From: an uncultured Oscillospiraceae bacterium
GTDB taxonomy: Bacteria > Bacillota > Clostridia > Christensenellales > Aristaeellaceae
Direction of reading: 5' to 3'
Assembly: GCA_964453505.1 (NCBI GenBank)
Contig: CAYVPJ010000014.1
Location: 240-64,239, forward strand
Length of the DNA stretch: 64,000 nucleotides
The position numbers were made by a program, and so were the translations under genes. Within the stretch, counting starts at the first letter, position 1. Each line of letters starts with the position of its first letter. Shown one piece after another: positions 28,835 to 39,055 of the stretch. The notes under the pieces were generated by a model. It saw only the letters and a program-made list of their open reading frames with translations, was not told the DNA's origin and did no database searches.

Positions 28835-30598
28835 TCATAACTCCCGCGCGTTATCCTCGCCCGATATAGGCATGTACGGCTGCCTTATCCGAACCGTAAG
28901 CCCGCGTTGATTGCGTGAAACGACCTGCACCCCGAAGTCAGACCCGAACTGCGCTGTAAGCCTGCGGTTGACGTTGTACACGCCGTATCCGCCGCCCTTT
29001 TCGGTGTTCATCATTGAAATCGTTTCCTCGGTCGCGCCGCGCCCGTCGTCAGATACCTCGAACACGAGCGCGCCGCCCTCTACGAACGCCGATATTCTCA
29101 CATGCACGCTCGCGCCGTCCTCTATCGCGTGTTCGTACACGTTTTCGATGAACGGCTGCAGCACGACTTTGAGCGTCTTGCAGTTGAGCGCTTCGTCGGT
29201 AGCGCCAGTTTCGAAAGTCACCCTGTCGCCGAACTGCATTTTGCGAATGTCTATATAGTGCTCGGCGTGTTTAAGCTCGCGCTCCGTCGGTATGAACATA
29301 TTTCCCTTGCTCAGCGCTATGCGGTAGTAATCCGACAGCGACGACATCATGGAGTTCATCTCTTTATATCGACCGAGCTGAGCGAGCGTGCTTATGGACG
29401 ACAGCGTGTTGTACAGGAAATGCGGGTTGATTTGCGCCTGCAATATTTCAAGCTCGGCGCGCGTTCTGAGCGCGTTCGCCGTGTCGCGCTCGCTTATGAG
29501 CCTCGCGACCGTCAGCGACATTTCGCGCAGAGCTTCCTCCGCCGCCGCGAACTCGTCGGGTCTGCCTTGGCGGTTTATCTCTATCGGATCGCCCGCCCTG
29601 TAATCGGTTATTAGCTTCTGAAACACAGATATGCGCCTGTTTACGCGCCGGATAAAGAGCGCGCTCACGGCTATGCAGGCGGCTATCGCGACAGAACCGA
29701 GTATCGCCATAACCGTTTTGACGCGGTCGTTTATGGCGTTGAAAGCGTCCGAGTCGGTTATGACCACCAAATGCATGTCTGTGTTTTCGATAGGGTATGT
29801 GTATTTGAAGAATGGCTGTTCCGCGTCCATCTCCGCAAGTGAGCCGCCCGTGAGCGACATAAGCTCCCGCCCCGAGGCAGAAACGAGAAACACGCCCGTG
29901 TGATCGTAGGCTTTCTCGTCGTCCGCCAAAAGCCCTTCGTTTATGATGTCGTCAAGGGATACGGTTATTCGCATAAAGCCGAGCTGCGCGCCCGAACGTC
30001 CGCTCGACAACAGCATTTCATAATTCCACAGCGGCTCAAGCCACGATATGCAGCCGTATTCGCCGTCTCTGTGTATCTGCCGCCACTGTCCCGCGCCCGT
30101 TATTGTGGCGTTCCAGTCGTCTCCGTAACTCTGCCTGACCGAACCGTAGCTGTAAAACATGACCGTAGACGTAGAACCGTCCAACGCCTGCGAATAGTCG
30201 TATGTGTCGGCGTAGTACGCGGGCAGCTCGTCGTAGTCCAGCCAGAACTCTACGCGGCACACTGACGGCGCAAGGCGCAGCCAGTTTCTCACCTGTTCTG
30301 TCACGATTCTCATGTTGCTGATCGTCCATGTCTGCTTAGCCATGTTGCCCTGAGCGCTCGAATCCTGACTTGCGTGCTCCGCGATTCGGTTGTATATATC
30401 GAAGCGCGAGTCTATGGCGACGCAGAGCTGTTTTACCATGCCCGATTTGTTTTCGTATTCGGAGTCGTACACCGCTTTGCGCGTCGAGTCGGATATGAAC
30501 GCGCCCAGCGCGAACAGCACTAACAGATATATCGTGATGAGCACCACGACCGGCATCACGTAAGAGCGATACTTCGACACACGGCGTTTACGCGTCAT
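28835..30598 (-). CDS. YesM-type sensor histidine kinase
   Basis: Two TM helices flank an extracellular domain. His_kinase motif INPHFLYNTLSSI and HATPase region FEVSDDGRG ... GGGYGVYNVNRRL. Start overlaps the regulator stop (ATGA). Confidence 0.9.
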   Translation of the reverse strand: MTRKRRVSKYRSYVMPVVVLITIYLLVLFALGAFISDSTRKAVYDSEYENKSGMVKQLCVAIDSRFDIYNRIAEHASQDSSAQGNMAKQTWTISNMRIVTEQVRNWLRLAPSVCRVEFWLDYDELPAYYADTYDYSQALDGSTSTVMFYSYGSVRQSYGDDWNATITGAGQWRQIHRDGEYGCISWLEPLWNYEMLLSSGRSGAQLGFMRITVSLDDIINEGLLADDEKAYDHTGVFLVSASGRELMSLTGGSLAEMDAEQPFFKYTYPIENTDMHLVVITDSDAFNAINDRVKTVMAILGSVAIAACIAVSALFIRRVNRRISVFQKLITDYRAGDPIEINRQGRPDEFAAAEEALREMSLTVARLISERDTANALRTRAELEILQAQINPHFLYNTLSSISTLAQLGRYKEMNSMMSSLSDYYRIALSKGNMFIPTERELKHAEHYIDIRKMQFGDRVTFETGATDEALNCKTLKVVLQPFIENVYEHAIEDGASVHVRISAFVEGGALVFEVSDDGRGATEETISMMNTEKGGGYGVYNVNRRLTAQFGSDFGVQVVSRNQRGLTVRIRQPYMPISGEDNAREL

Positions 30599-31329
30599 TC
30601 GCCTTTACGCCCCTCTCCGCGTTTATACATACCGGGGGTCACGCCGTATATCTCCTTGAATTTGGCGTGGAACAGCGTCATGTTCCTAAAGCCCATGCGG
30701 TCGGCTATGTCGCTCACGCGCAGAGACGGGTCGTCAAGCAGCAGCTTCACGTGCTCCATTCGCATGTTCGTGTAAACGTCTGAAAAGCTCGAGCCCATAA
30801 CTCCTTTGAACAGACGGCTCAGGTTGCTCGCAGACATGGCTATAGCGTCGGCGGTTTCGTTGAGGCTCACGCCGCGTTCTATGTTCGCGCGCATATATTT
30901 GAGGGCGCCTTTGAGCGCCGCGTGATCGACGCTGTCTTCGATTCGGTTTTCTTCGGGCGCGAGCTTTTTAACGTGCTCCGCGAGCGTGACTGCGAATTTC
31001 TGATAATCAATCGGCTTCAGTATATAGTCCTTCACGCCGAGCTTAAGCCCCTCCTGCGCGTACCCGAAGTCAGCGTAGCCGGTCAGAAATATGACGTACA
31101 TGTCGTGTCTGACCCTGAGCGCCTCGCGCGCCAGTTCGACGCCCGACATGCCGGGCATGGATATGTCGGTTATGAGCATATCCGGCGGCTGCGCCGATAT
31201 GCGCTTCAATGCCGACGTGCCGCTGTCGGCGACGCCCGCGACGAAAAGGCCGAGATTTTGCCAATCGACGAGCGTTTGCAGCCCCTCGAGAGTCAGCCTG
31301 TCGTCGTCCGCAATGAGCACGTTTTTCAT
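30595..31329 (-). CDS. YesN-type response regulator (REC + AraC HTH)
   Basis: Receiver motifs VLIADDD and MLITDISMPGMSG. C-terminal HTH VSDIADRMGFRNMTLFHAKFKEIYGVTPGMYKR. Confidence 0.9.
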   Translation of the reverse strand: MKNVLIADDDRLTLEGLQTLVDWQNLGLFVAGVADSGTSALKRISAQPPDMLITDISMPGMSGVELAREALRVRHDMYVIFLTGYADFGYAQEGLKLGVKDYILKPIDYQKFAVTLAEHVKKLAPEENRIEDSVDHAALKGALKYMRANIERGVSLNETADAIAMSASNLSRLFKGVMGSSFSDVYTNMRMEHVKLLLDDPSLRVSDIADRMGFRNMTLFHAKFKEIYGVTPGMYKRGEGRKGE

Positions 31330-31356
31330 TGACGCGCCTCCGCTTATGTAGTCCGC

Positions 31357-32955
31357 TTAGTCGGCATATCCGAGCCGGGCGCGCCGCGCGAGCCATTTTC
31401 GCGTGATGCCATCGAACAATTCCTCAGCGCCCAGTTCGTTCACGCGATCGTTCATGTCGTCAAGAATTTTTCGGCATTCCGTCTCGGTTGGAGAGAGTAT
31501 TGCTTCGAGAGTGAGATCGTATATGCAGTTTCGAATCGCGATAAAATCGTCGTAGCCCTCCACGCCGTAAGACGGCTCGATTTCGGCGTACTGGTCGGTC
31601 TGTATCGCCGTGGAGCGCGTGATTTTCGCGTATGACTGATTGTCCCACGCGCCTTCCGCGATGGGTTTCAGCGAATCGCGGTATATACTCTCGATATAAC
31701 TCCACGCGCCGTTGGGAACATAGTTGCAGTTTACGCTGCTTGTGTCGTGAAGCCACTGCGCGGTGTCTCTGTTCAAATACGCGTCGGTGTTCGTGTCAGG
31801 AATCTGCGCGCCCATAAAATCTATAAGCTCGTTCCAGTACAGGCTGGGAGGTCCGCACGTCGTGACGGCGCAGCCCGTGTCGCCCGCGAGCCAGTCGAGA
31901 TATGCGTATGCGAGTTTGGGCTGCGCCGCCATCGTCGTTATGACGGTCACAGTCTGCCCGCCCGCGTATTCGTATGCGGCGGGCGTGGGGCGCGTAACGC
32001 CTTTGGCGACGGGCGGATATATGACTTCATAACCGCCGTTCGGGTCGAGCAGTCTGTAAGCCGCGTCGTGCTTCATTATGCCGTTCAGCGCGTCGGAAGT
32101 CGCCGTGACGGCGATCTGTCCGTTCGACAGCTTTTCGTTCAGCTGCTGATATGAAAGGTAGTATTCGTCCGTCGCCAACAGCCCCTCCGAATTGAGCCTG
32201 TTCAGAAACAGCGCCATATCCCGCCACGCGGGGTCTTCGCACAATGGACGAATGCCGCGCCCGTCGCACCACATGCCGCTCAAAGCGAGCGTGTAGGCGC
32301 GCTCGTCGCCGAAAGACGTATACATTACCGCCATCGTCACGCCCGGCGAGTACGGCTTCATTTCGGGGTAAATCGCCTTCACATTCCTTAAATATACAAG
32401 CAGATCGTCCGTTGTTTCTATAGGCGGCCTGCCGAGTTCGTTGTATATTTTGCGGTTCACTATCCAGCCCGCGTTGCCGAGCGCGTGTTCGTCGTCAGTG
32501 TACCAGCTTGGAAACGCGTACCATTTGCCGTCCACCGTCGAGCACAGCGCCTTTAAGGCCGAAACGTCCATCCACTTGCGGAAGTTCGGGTATTGCCAGT
32601 AATAACTGTCCAACGGCACTACCCAGCCCTGCGCTATCAGGTGGTCGAGCTGCGGACCGCGCGCCATCGTTATAACATCCGGCATGTCGCCCGTCGCAAG
32701 CATTTTGGCGAGCGTCTTTTCGGCCTGATTGCCGCTCGAAACATATGTGACCTTCACGCCCAGAATGTCCCGAATCCAGTCCGACGTGGGATTGCCCTGC
32801 GCGTAGCCGGGATCGTTGTAGCCGTCGAAGTGCACATACCATTTAAGCTCCAGACCGTACAGTTCGGCGGGCAGCTCGGGTTCTTGCGCCATGGCGCGGG
32901 GGCAGGCGAGCGCACACGCCGCGAGTAAACAAAACAACAATGCCGCTTTCCTCAT
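31357..32955 (-). CDS. Extracellular solute-binding lipoprotein with no cognate permeases, probable sensor partner of YesM/YesN
   Basis: ATG at 32955 follows GGAGGAGGG. Lipobox LLAAC. Large LplA-type SBP immediately upstream of the regulator and kinase. Confidence 0.8.
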   Translation of the reverse strand: MRKAALLFCLLAACALACPRAMAQEPELPAELYGLELKWYVHFDGYNDPGYAQGNPTSDWIRDILGVKVTYVSSGNQAEKTLAKMLATGDMPDVITMARGPQLDHLIAQGWVVPLDSYYWQYPNFRKWMDVSALKALCSTVDGKWYAFPSWYTDDEHALGNAGWIVNRKIYNELGRPPIETTDDLLVYLRNVKAIYPEMKPYSPGVTMAVMYTSFGDERAYTLALSGMWCDGRGIRPLCEDPAWRDMALFLNRLNSEGLLATDEYYLSYQQLNEKLSNGQIAVTATSDALNGIMKHDAAYRLLDPNGGYEVIYPPVAKGVTRPTPAAYEYAGGQTVTVITTMAAQPKLAYAYLDWLAGDTGCAVTTCGPPSLYWNELIDFMGAQIPDTNTDAYLNRDTAQWLHDTSSVNCNYVPNGAWSYIESIYRDSLKPIAEGAWDNQSYAKITRSTAIQTDQYAEIEPSYGVEGYDDFIAIRNCIYDLTLEAILSPTETECRKILDDMNDRVNELGAEELFDGITRKWLARRARLGYAD

Positions 32956-32992
32956 AAAGTCCCTCCTCCGCGCCAACGCGCATAAACGCCCG

Positions 32993-35308
32993 TCAGTCGA
33001 AATTCAGTTTGCATTCGGCGCGGCTTCCGTCCGCGCCCGCGACTATATAGCTAACGTTCTTGCCGCTTGCCCAGTTTGAATCAAACCATTCGTTTTCCGC
33101 CGTCGCGATATGCGTATATTCCGACTGACCTTCATACATCGCCAGTATTTCGCATACGCCCTCGGCGCTGAACGAAAGCCTGAGCGAATCGCCGTCTATG
33201 AACGCGAACGCCGACGCGCGGTCGTTTTCGAAAAGCCCGTCGGGCGACTCTATGCGCCACATGCCGTAACAGCTCGTGCCCACTATAGCCTCACGCGTCA
33301 CGGGGTTTACGCGCACCCAAGACGCTTCGCGCGGACCTTCAAGCCCTTCGCGCACTCGCGAGTCCTTACGCCCGCGAGTCAGCACGTGGAACGAGCGCCC
33401 GCCGTTTACCGAACGCGCTACGCCGATGTCGGACATATATACGTTCGCGTTGTACGTCGCGTACACTACGTCGTTGTTCACAGGGTCTACAGCGACGCTC
33501 TTTATAGGCCGAGCGCCGTACTGGTCGGCGGGGAACAGCGGCGTTATGTCGGCTATGCCCGCTTCCGAATCGTACCTGAGCACGCGGTTATCGCCGGTGA
33601 CTATGTAATAGCGGTCGCGCGACGAGTCATACGCAATGTCTGCTATCGTGGACGGCACTGTCGTAAGCTGCGTCCAGTTCGCTCCGTGGTCGCATGAAAC
33701 GACGACTTGGTTTTTGTACGCGCCTATCAGCGTTCCGTCGGGCTTTTGCGTGAGCACGCCCTCGCAGCCCTCCATTTTTGTCCACGTCTGCGCCTGATCC
33801 GTCGAACGGTAATCAGACGCGAACAGTATGTTCTGATATGTCGGGTCGCCGAACGACACGGCTTTGCCGCGCAATATGATGCCCGTGTCCCTAAACGACG
33901 CGCCGCCGTCGCGGCTTAAATACAGATACAAATCCGAGTTCCAGCCCTGTTTGCGGCCGCCCGTGAACATAACGTCGGGCGACGCGGCGTAGCCTCCGTA
34001 GCAATAGCCGCCCCAGCCGTAATTCTGAACGTCGAAGTATGTAAAACTCTGCCCGCCGTTCAGTGTCGCGCTGGCGGCGTAATCCTGCGACGACAAAAGC
34101 ATCACGTCGGGGTTGTACGGATTGAACTGATAGCTCGCCCCGAGCATCACGGACGCGTTGCCCGTGTTCGAATACATAAATGAACGCCCCGCGTCGTCGC
34201 TTCTGATTATAGCGTCGCCGCGCAGGTTCAGAAGCGTGTTTTCGTCGGTCGGGTGCCACGCGAACACCGACTGTCTGCCGTTTATGGGCATATAGAAATA
34301 CGTTGCGTCCAGCTTCGACTTCGCCCAGTTGCGGCCGCCGTCTTCGCTATAATAACACGCCCAGTCGTATTCCGCAAGTTTCGAAGTCATAACCATATTG
34401 TTCGGGTTCGCCGGGCTGACCGCGAGCTGCCACCAGCCCTGCATCGAGTCGTTCGAGCCGTCCGACGGAAGCGCGGGCGGCGCAGTCTCGATTTGAATTT
34501 GTGAAAACGTTTCGCCGCTGTCGGCGCTTACGTATATAGCCCCGTTCACCATGACCAACACTCTGTCGGGCTGTTTGTCTACGACGCACACGCTCGTCAC
34601 GCGCACATCGGGAATCGCCTTATTAAATGTCGCGCCGCCGTCGCGGCTTACGTAAAACCCGTCCTTCGCGCCCGCGTACACATAGCCCTTCGTCGGGTGC
34701 ACGCCGAGTATGCAATCGCCCATTCCATCGTTTGCGACGACCCAAGTCGCGCCGCCGTCGTCCGAGCGGAACAGATTTCCGTCCTCCGCTTTGCTCTTTT
34801 GGCTCGACCAGTATATTGTTTCGCAATACCCCTTTTCGGGCGAATATGACGACTTATCGTATTTGACCTGTTTCCTGAAATCCCTGTAGCCGAGATTTGA
34901 TTTCGCCAGCGCGCTGTGCCACGTTTCGCCGCCGTCGAAGCTCTGATAGAGTCCGTGCATCGTGTTTTCCAAAGAATTTCCTGCGACCATCAAAACGCGT
35001 TCGGGGTTCGTCGGGTCGAACGCGAAATCGCAGCAGCCGCGCGTGTTAAGCCCCGTATTCGCGGGTTTCCATGTGTGACCGCCGTCTGTAGAGCGGAATA
35101 TGCCGCCCACGTCCGTGCCCGCCAAAGCGTAGCGGCCGTCGGTCTCGTCAAACGTTACCGCCTGAAGCCATTGGCAGCCCTCGCCGCCCGTATATCCCGC
35201 CATCAGTTGTTTTTCAGACACGAGCGGCAGTTGCCGCCATTGCTCAGCCATACACACGCCTCCCAGTAGATATATTGCCGCGAGCACAGTTATCGCCAGA
35301 CGCTTCAT
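32993..35308 (-). CDS. Secreted BNR/Asp-box double beta-propeller protein, GH74-like
   Basis: Signal peptide MKRLAITVLAAIYLLGGVCMA. About 12 S-x-D-G-G-x-T-W type repeats (STDGGHTW, SFDGGETW, SDDGGATW, SRDGGATF, SEDGGRNW, SRDGGASF and others). Confidence 0.7.
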   Translation of the reverse strand: MKRLAITVLAAIYLLGGVCMAEQWRQLPLVSEKQLMAGYTGGEGCQWLQAVTFDETDGRYALAGTDVGGIFRSTDGGHTWKPANTGLNTRGCCDFAFDPTNPERVLMVAGNSLENTMHGLYQSFDGGETWHSALAKSNLGYRDFRKQVKYDKSSYSPEKGYCETIYWSSQKSKAEDGNLFRSDDGGATWVVANDGMGDCILGVHPTKGYVYAGAKDGFYVSRDGGATFNKAIPDVRVTSVCVVDKQPDRVLVMVNGAIYVSADSGETFSQIQIETAPPALPSDGSNDSMQGWWQLAVSPANPNNMVMTSKLAEYDWACYYSEDGGRNWAKSKLDATYFYMPINGRQSVFAWHPTDENTLLNLRGDAIIRSDDAGRSFMYSNTGNASVMLGASYQFNPYNPDVMLLSSQDYAASATLNGGQSFTYFDVQNYGWGGYCYGGYAASPDVMFTGGRKQGWNSDLYLYLSRDGGASFRDTGIILRGKAVSFGDPTYQNILFASDYRSTDQAQTWTKMEGCEGVLTQKPDGTLIGAYKNQVVVSCDHGANWTQLTTVPSTIADIAYDSSRDRYYIVTGDNRVLRYDSEAGIADITPLFPADQYGARPIKSVAVDPVNNDVVYATYNANVYMSDIGVARSVNGGRSFHVLTRGRKDSRVREGLEGPREASWVRVNPVTREAIVGTSCYGMWRIESPDGLFENDRASAFAFIDGDSLRLSFSAEGVCEILAMYEGQSEYTHIATAENEWFDSNWASGKNVSYIVAGADGSRAECKLNFD

Positions 35309-35325
35309 AACTTCTCCTCCGAAGC

Positions 35326-35350
35326 GGCGGGGGAGACAAGCTCCCCCGCC
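35326..35350 (-). other. Intercistronic 10-bp perfect stem-loop after the SBP gene
   Basis: GGCGGGGGAG, 5-nt loop, CTCCCCCGCC, lying between the SBP stop (35373) and the GH74-like start (35308). Confidence 0.5.
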
Positions 35351-35372
35351 GGAAAGGTATGCGTTTTTTGAG

Positions 35373-37079
35373 TTAGTTCGCTTCCACGATTGAAACGTTG
35401 TCGATTATGAAATCGAAGTTGTCGCCCGCGTAGATGAAGAACGTCGGCTCGGAAACATTCTGGAAGCCTATCGTCGCGCTCATCGTGCCGCTGTCGCCTG
35501 CGAGCGCCTTATCGAGAGTAACCCAGCCCTGCGTGTCAACGTCTTCGAATATCGTGGCATAGGGACGGGCGCGCACTATGAGGCCGTAGTCGCCCTGCAT
35601 GTCGTCGAGTATTTTATAATCGAACGTCATCGTGTAGTTGTGATAATCCGGGGTGGGAGCCATGTCGTAGTCGGCGTATATAAGCACGCCCCACGCGCTG
35701 TTTTCCTGAGTCACTTTGAGAGATTTGCCGTCGATAGCCTCGTCGCCCTCGACGATCTCGAATGTCGCTGCGTTCGTCTTGAGCCAGCCGGTAGTGCCAT
35801 CCTCAAAGTCGACTGCGGGCAGCGGCTCGAAGGCTTCGATCGTGGGCAGTTCGAACTTCTGCATGGCTATGTCGACCTGAGCCTGCCACGCGGGCGTGAA
35901 GCGCTCTACGACGCTAGCCGCGTCCTCGCCGCCCCATTTGAAAGCTCCCCAGAGATCCCACTGTATGTTCCACAAATCGGCTATGCCGCCAAAGCGCGCC
36001 GCGCGACAGTTGAGGCGGGCTTCTTCATTGATTTTGGATTGCTCCTCGTCGAAGTATTCGACCCAATCTTCAGCGTAGTGAAGCTGCGAGTATTCGGACA
36101 TCGCGTACAGGTATTTCGCGGCGGCTTCGGGGTTCTTGGCGCCCACGGGAATACCGTAACCTGTCGACAGGCCGGGGCCTTTGCCGTCGGTGTTTGACGG
36201 ACCAAGCGGGAACGGCACCCAAGCGTATTCGAATTTCGCGCCGTCGGTCGCGAGGTTCTTCAAATAGCTGTAGCGCTCGCCCGCCATCGCGAGGCGGCCG
36301 GACAGGAACATGTCGTACCAGAGGTTGTTGAAATCGACCGTCGCGAACTTATCGACGTTGTAAGTATCGCTCAGCATCTGCATACCTTCGAGGACGGCGG
36401 GGCTGTTCCACGCAAGCGTTATAACGCCGTCTTTCGAGTATTCGACGATGTTGCCGCCGTTGGCGACGATGAACAGCTCGCTCATCCAGCTTTCGTAGCC
36501 GTACTGGTCGTAAGCGCCGTCGTTATCGGTGTCCTGCGTAAGCTCAACGCCGAGCTCGCGGAAAGTGTCGAAATTCCACTCGCCGTTTTCGTAGTATTCG
36601 GTGGGCGTAGTCAGACCGTTGTTTTCGAACATGGTCACGTTGTACAGTATGCCGACCGGCTGAACGCCGCCTTCGGAGCTGTTGACCGCGTAGTGCTTGC
36701 CCATCCACTCGTAGTCGTTGTTGACGACGGGAGAGAACACGCTCGCGTTCACGTCAAGGTAGTCGTCGAGGGGCTGCATAAGACCTTTGGTGATGTTCTT
36801 CGGAAACTCCTCGAACGTCATTATGTGTATGTCTTTGGAAGTGCCGCCCGCAACGTCCGTGAGCAGCTTCAGGTTGCGCTCTTCCCAGCCCACGATTTCG
36901 TACTCCATTTTGATGTTGTACTTGTCGAGTATCCACTGGTCCATTTTTTGCGTGCTTGCGTCCACCTCGCCGTACCAATAGCTCGTGATGGTTACGGTTT
37001 CCGCGTAGGGTTCGACCGCGAACGCGACCGCGGACATGAGCAGCGCGAGGGAAAGGATAAGCGATGCAAGTTTCCTCAT
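35373..37079 (-). CDS. CUT1 solute-binding protein with a C-terminal CBM-like beta-sandwich extension
   Basis: RBS AAGGAGG. Signal peptide MRKLASLILSLALLMSAVAFA. SBP body of about 420 aa, then about 140 aa (DFEDGTTGWLKTNAATFEIVEGDEAIDGKSLKV ... FDFIIDNVSIVEAN) with a galactose-binding-domain-like pattern. Confidence 0.8.
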   Translation of the reverse strand: MRKLASLILSLALLMSAVAFAVEPYAETVTITSYWYGEVDASTQKMDQWILDKYNIKMEYEIVGWEERNLKLLTDVAGGTSKDIHIMTFEEFPKNITKGLMQPLDDYLDVNASVFSPVVNNDYEWMGKHYAVNSSEGGVQPVGILYNVTMFENNGLTTPTEYYENGEWNFDTFRELGVELTQDTDNDGAYDQYGYESWMSELFIVANGGNIVEYSKDGVITLAWNSPAVLEGMQMLSDTYNVDKFATVDFNNLWYDMFLSGRLAMAGERYSYLKNLATDGAKFEYAWVPFPLGPSNTDGKGPGLSTGYGIPVGAKNPEAAAKYLYAMSEYSQLHYAEDWVEYFDEEQSKINEEARLNCRAARFGGIADLWNIQWDLWGAFKWGGEDAASVVERFTPAWQAQVDIAMQKFELPTIEAFEPLPAVDFEDGTTGWLKTNAATFEIVEGDEAIDGKSLKVTQENSAWGVLIYADYDMAPTPDYHNYTMTFDYKILDDMQGDYGLIVRARPYATIFEDVDTQGWVTLDKALAGDSGTMSATIGFQNVSEPTFFIYAGDNFDFIIDNVSIVEAN

Positions 37080-37155
37080 GATTGTGCCTCCTTGTTTTTG
37101 TTTATGTGCTTCCGCGTTAAACGCGGCAACATCATCTGTGGAAGGTCGGTAATCG

Positions 37156-38124
37156 TCAGCCGACGATGCCCGTGCGCTCTATGCTTTCGGTGAAGTATCT
37201 CTGGAACACAATGTACATGACGAGCATTGGCAAAATCGAAAGCAGAGCGCCCGCCTGCAATTTGGTCGCGTACTGATACGGGTCGTTTATGTTCACGCCC
37301 AACAGCGGGTTTTGCCTCAAAGACGCGAGCGCCGTAGACACCACGCGCCAGCCGCCCATATACATCTGCGGGTAGAAGTATTCGTTCCAGTACCACACCA
37401 TCGAAAACAGGAAAACCGTCAGTATGGCGGGCACGGCGTTGGGCGCCATAACGCGCGTGAACGTCGAAAACGCGTTGCAGCCGTCTATGCGCGCGGCGTC
37501 CGACAATTCGCGCGGCAGGCCTCTGAAGAACTGGCGGTATATGAATATGAACAGCCCGCTCCTGAGACCCATGCCGAGCGCCGACGGCAGCAGATACGCC
37601 CACGGCGTGCCTATCAGGTTAGGCGTCAGATCCACGCCTATAAGCCCGCCCAACAGGCCGAACAGCCCGAAGAAGTCGATGTTCTGAAAGTTCAGATACA
37701 TCGGTATCGCGAGCGTTATCTGAGGCATAATGATCGTGAATATTACAAGCGCGAACAGCGGACCGCGCCCAATGAATCTGAACTGCGCGAAGCCGTAGCC
37801 TACGAACATGCAGACTATAATCTGCAATACTGACGACGTCACGCACACAAGCAGCGTGTTGAGCACCGTATGCGTTATGTCCATAGCCCGAAAAGCGTCC
37901 GATATGTTTTCAAACGTCGGGCGGCGCGCTATCCACGCGACAGACGGGTCGGTGAGCTCGCGCGACGGTTTTATGGCCGTCGACAACATGAACAATATCG
38001 GATAAAGCAGCACGAAGCATACGCATGTCAGTATGACGGCGCGGGCGAGTATCCACGCCCACTTCGCAAGAGCGTTCTTCGCGATATACGCAATCGTCGG
38101 GCTGTTTGCGCTTCTCATATACAT
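37156..38124 (-). CDS. Carbohydrate ABC transporter permease, MalG-like
   Basis: EAA loop LSDAARIDGCNAFSTFTRVMAPNA. Start is ATG 38124 or 38118, after AGGGGTG. Confidence 0.9.
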   Translation of the reverse strand: MYMRSANSPTIAYIAKNALAKWAWILARAVILTCVCFVLLYPILFMLSTAIKPSRELTDPSVAWIARRPTFENISDAFRAMDITHTVLNTLLVCVTSSVLQIIVCMFVGYGFAQFRFIGRGPLFALVIFTIIMPQITLAIPMYLNFQNIDFFGLFGLLGGLIGVDLTPNLIGTPWAYLLPSALGMGLRSGLFIFIYRQFFRGLPRELSDAARIDGCNAFSTFTRVMAPNAVPAILTVFLFSMVWYWNEYFYPQMYMGGWRVVSTALASLRQNPLLGVNINDPYQYATKLQAGALLSILPMLVMYIVFQRYFTESIERTGIVG

Positions 38125-38131
38125 CACACCC

Positions 38132-39055
38132 CTATTCGGTTTGATAGAACACGAATTTCGACATCAGCGCCGCCGCCAATCCGACCACGCCGAACACGCA
38201 CAGCGAGTATATCCACGAAATCGCCGTGCCGTAGTCATAACGCATCTGCACGATGCCAATGTTGTATATCATCTGCATCATGCCGTTCGCGTAATCGGTG
38301 AACGAGTCTATGACGGTGAAAACGACGCACACGAGCAGTATGGGCGATATGATGGGCACGGTTATGCGCCAGAATTTTTCCCACGCCGTAGCGCCCTCGA
38401 CATCCGCCGCCTCGTACAAACTGCGGTTTATCGATTGCAGCCCCGCCAGCAACAGCAATATCTGCACGCCGCATTTCCACAGCAGGTCGAACACCTGACT
38501 AACAATATTCGTGTAGTAATCTATGACGGACGCGGGCAAGTTCGCGCGCTCGAGCACCTGCGTGAGCCCCTGCGCCCTGAACACATGCAACGCTTCGGAG
38601 CCCGTCTGCATACTCTGGGCGAACACGTCCTCGCGGATTATGTTCATGATGACGCCCGAAGCCACGATTACGGGCAGGAAGAATATAGCCCGAACTATGG
38701 TGCGCCCCCTGAAATTCTGATTTATGAGCAGCGAGAGCATCAGGCTCGATATAACTATAACGGGCATCGAGAACAGCATTGAGCCCATCGTGGACATTAA
38801 CTCCGGCAGGAAGCTCGTGTCGGTTCGGAACGCGTATATGTAGTTTTCAAAACCCACTCCGCGGGTCACATATCCGCCCTCCGGCGGTATGGCGACCTTG
38901 CAGAACGAAAAGTACAGCGACTGACCGAGCGGATACGCGAAGAACAGCGAAAAACCTATTATCCATGGCATCACGAACAGTATGCCGTTCAGGCTTTGCC
39001 TGCCCCTGTAACTCAGGCCGCGCGGCTTTTTGCGGCGCGATTTTGTAAGAATCAT
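38132..39055 (-). CDS. Sugar ABC transporter permease, MalF-like
   Basis: EAA loop LYEAADVEGATAWEKFWRITVPII. ATG overlaps the upstream stop (ATGA) after GGAGGTG. Confidence 0.9.
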   Translation of the reverse strand: MILTKSRRKKPRGLSYRGRQSLNGILFVMPWIIGFSLFFAYPLGQSLYFSFCKVAIPPEGGYVTRGVGFENYIYAFRTDTSFLPELMSTMGSMLFSMPVIVISSLMLSLLINQNFRGRTIVRAIFFLPVIVASGVIMNIIREDVFAQSMQTGSEALHVFRAQGLTQVLERANLPASVIDYYTNIVSQVFDLLWKCGVQILLLLAGLQSINRSLYEAADVEGATAWEKFWRITVPIISPILLVCVVFTVIDSFTDYANGMMQMIYNIGIVQMRYDYGTAISWIYSLCVFGVVGLAAALMSKFVFYQTE

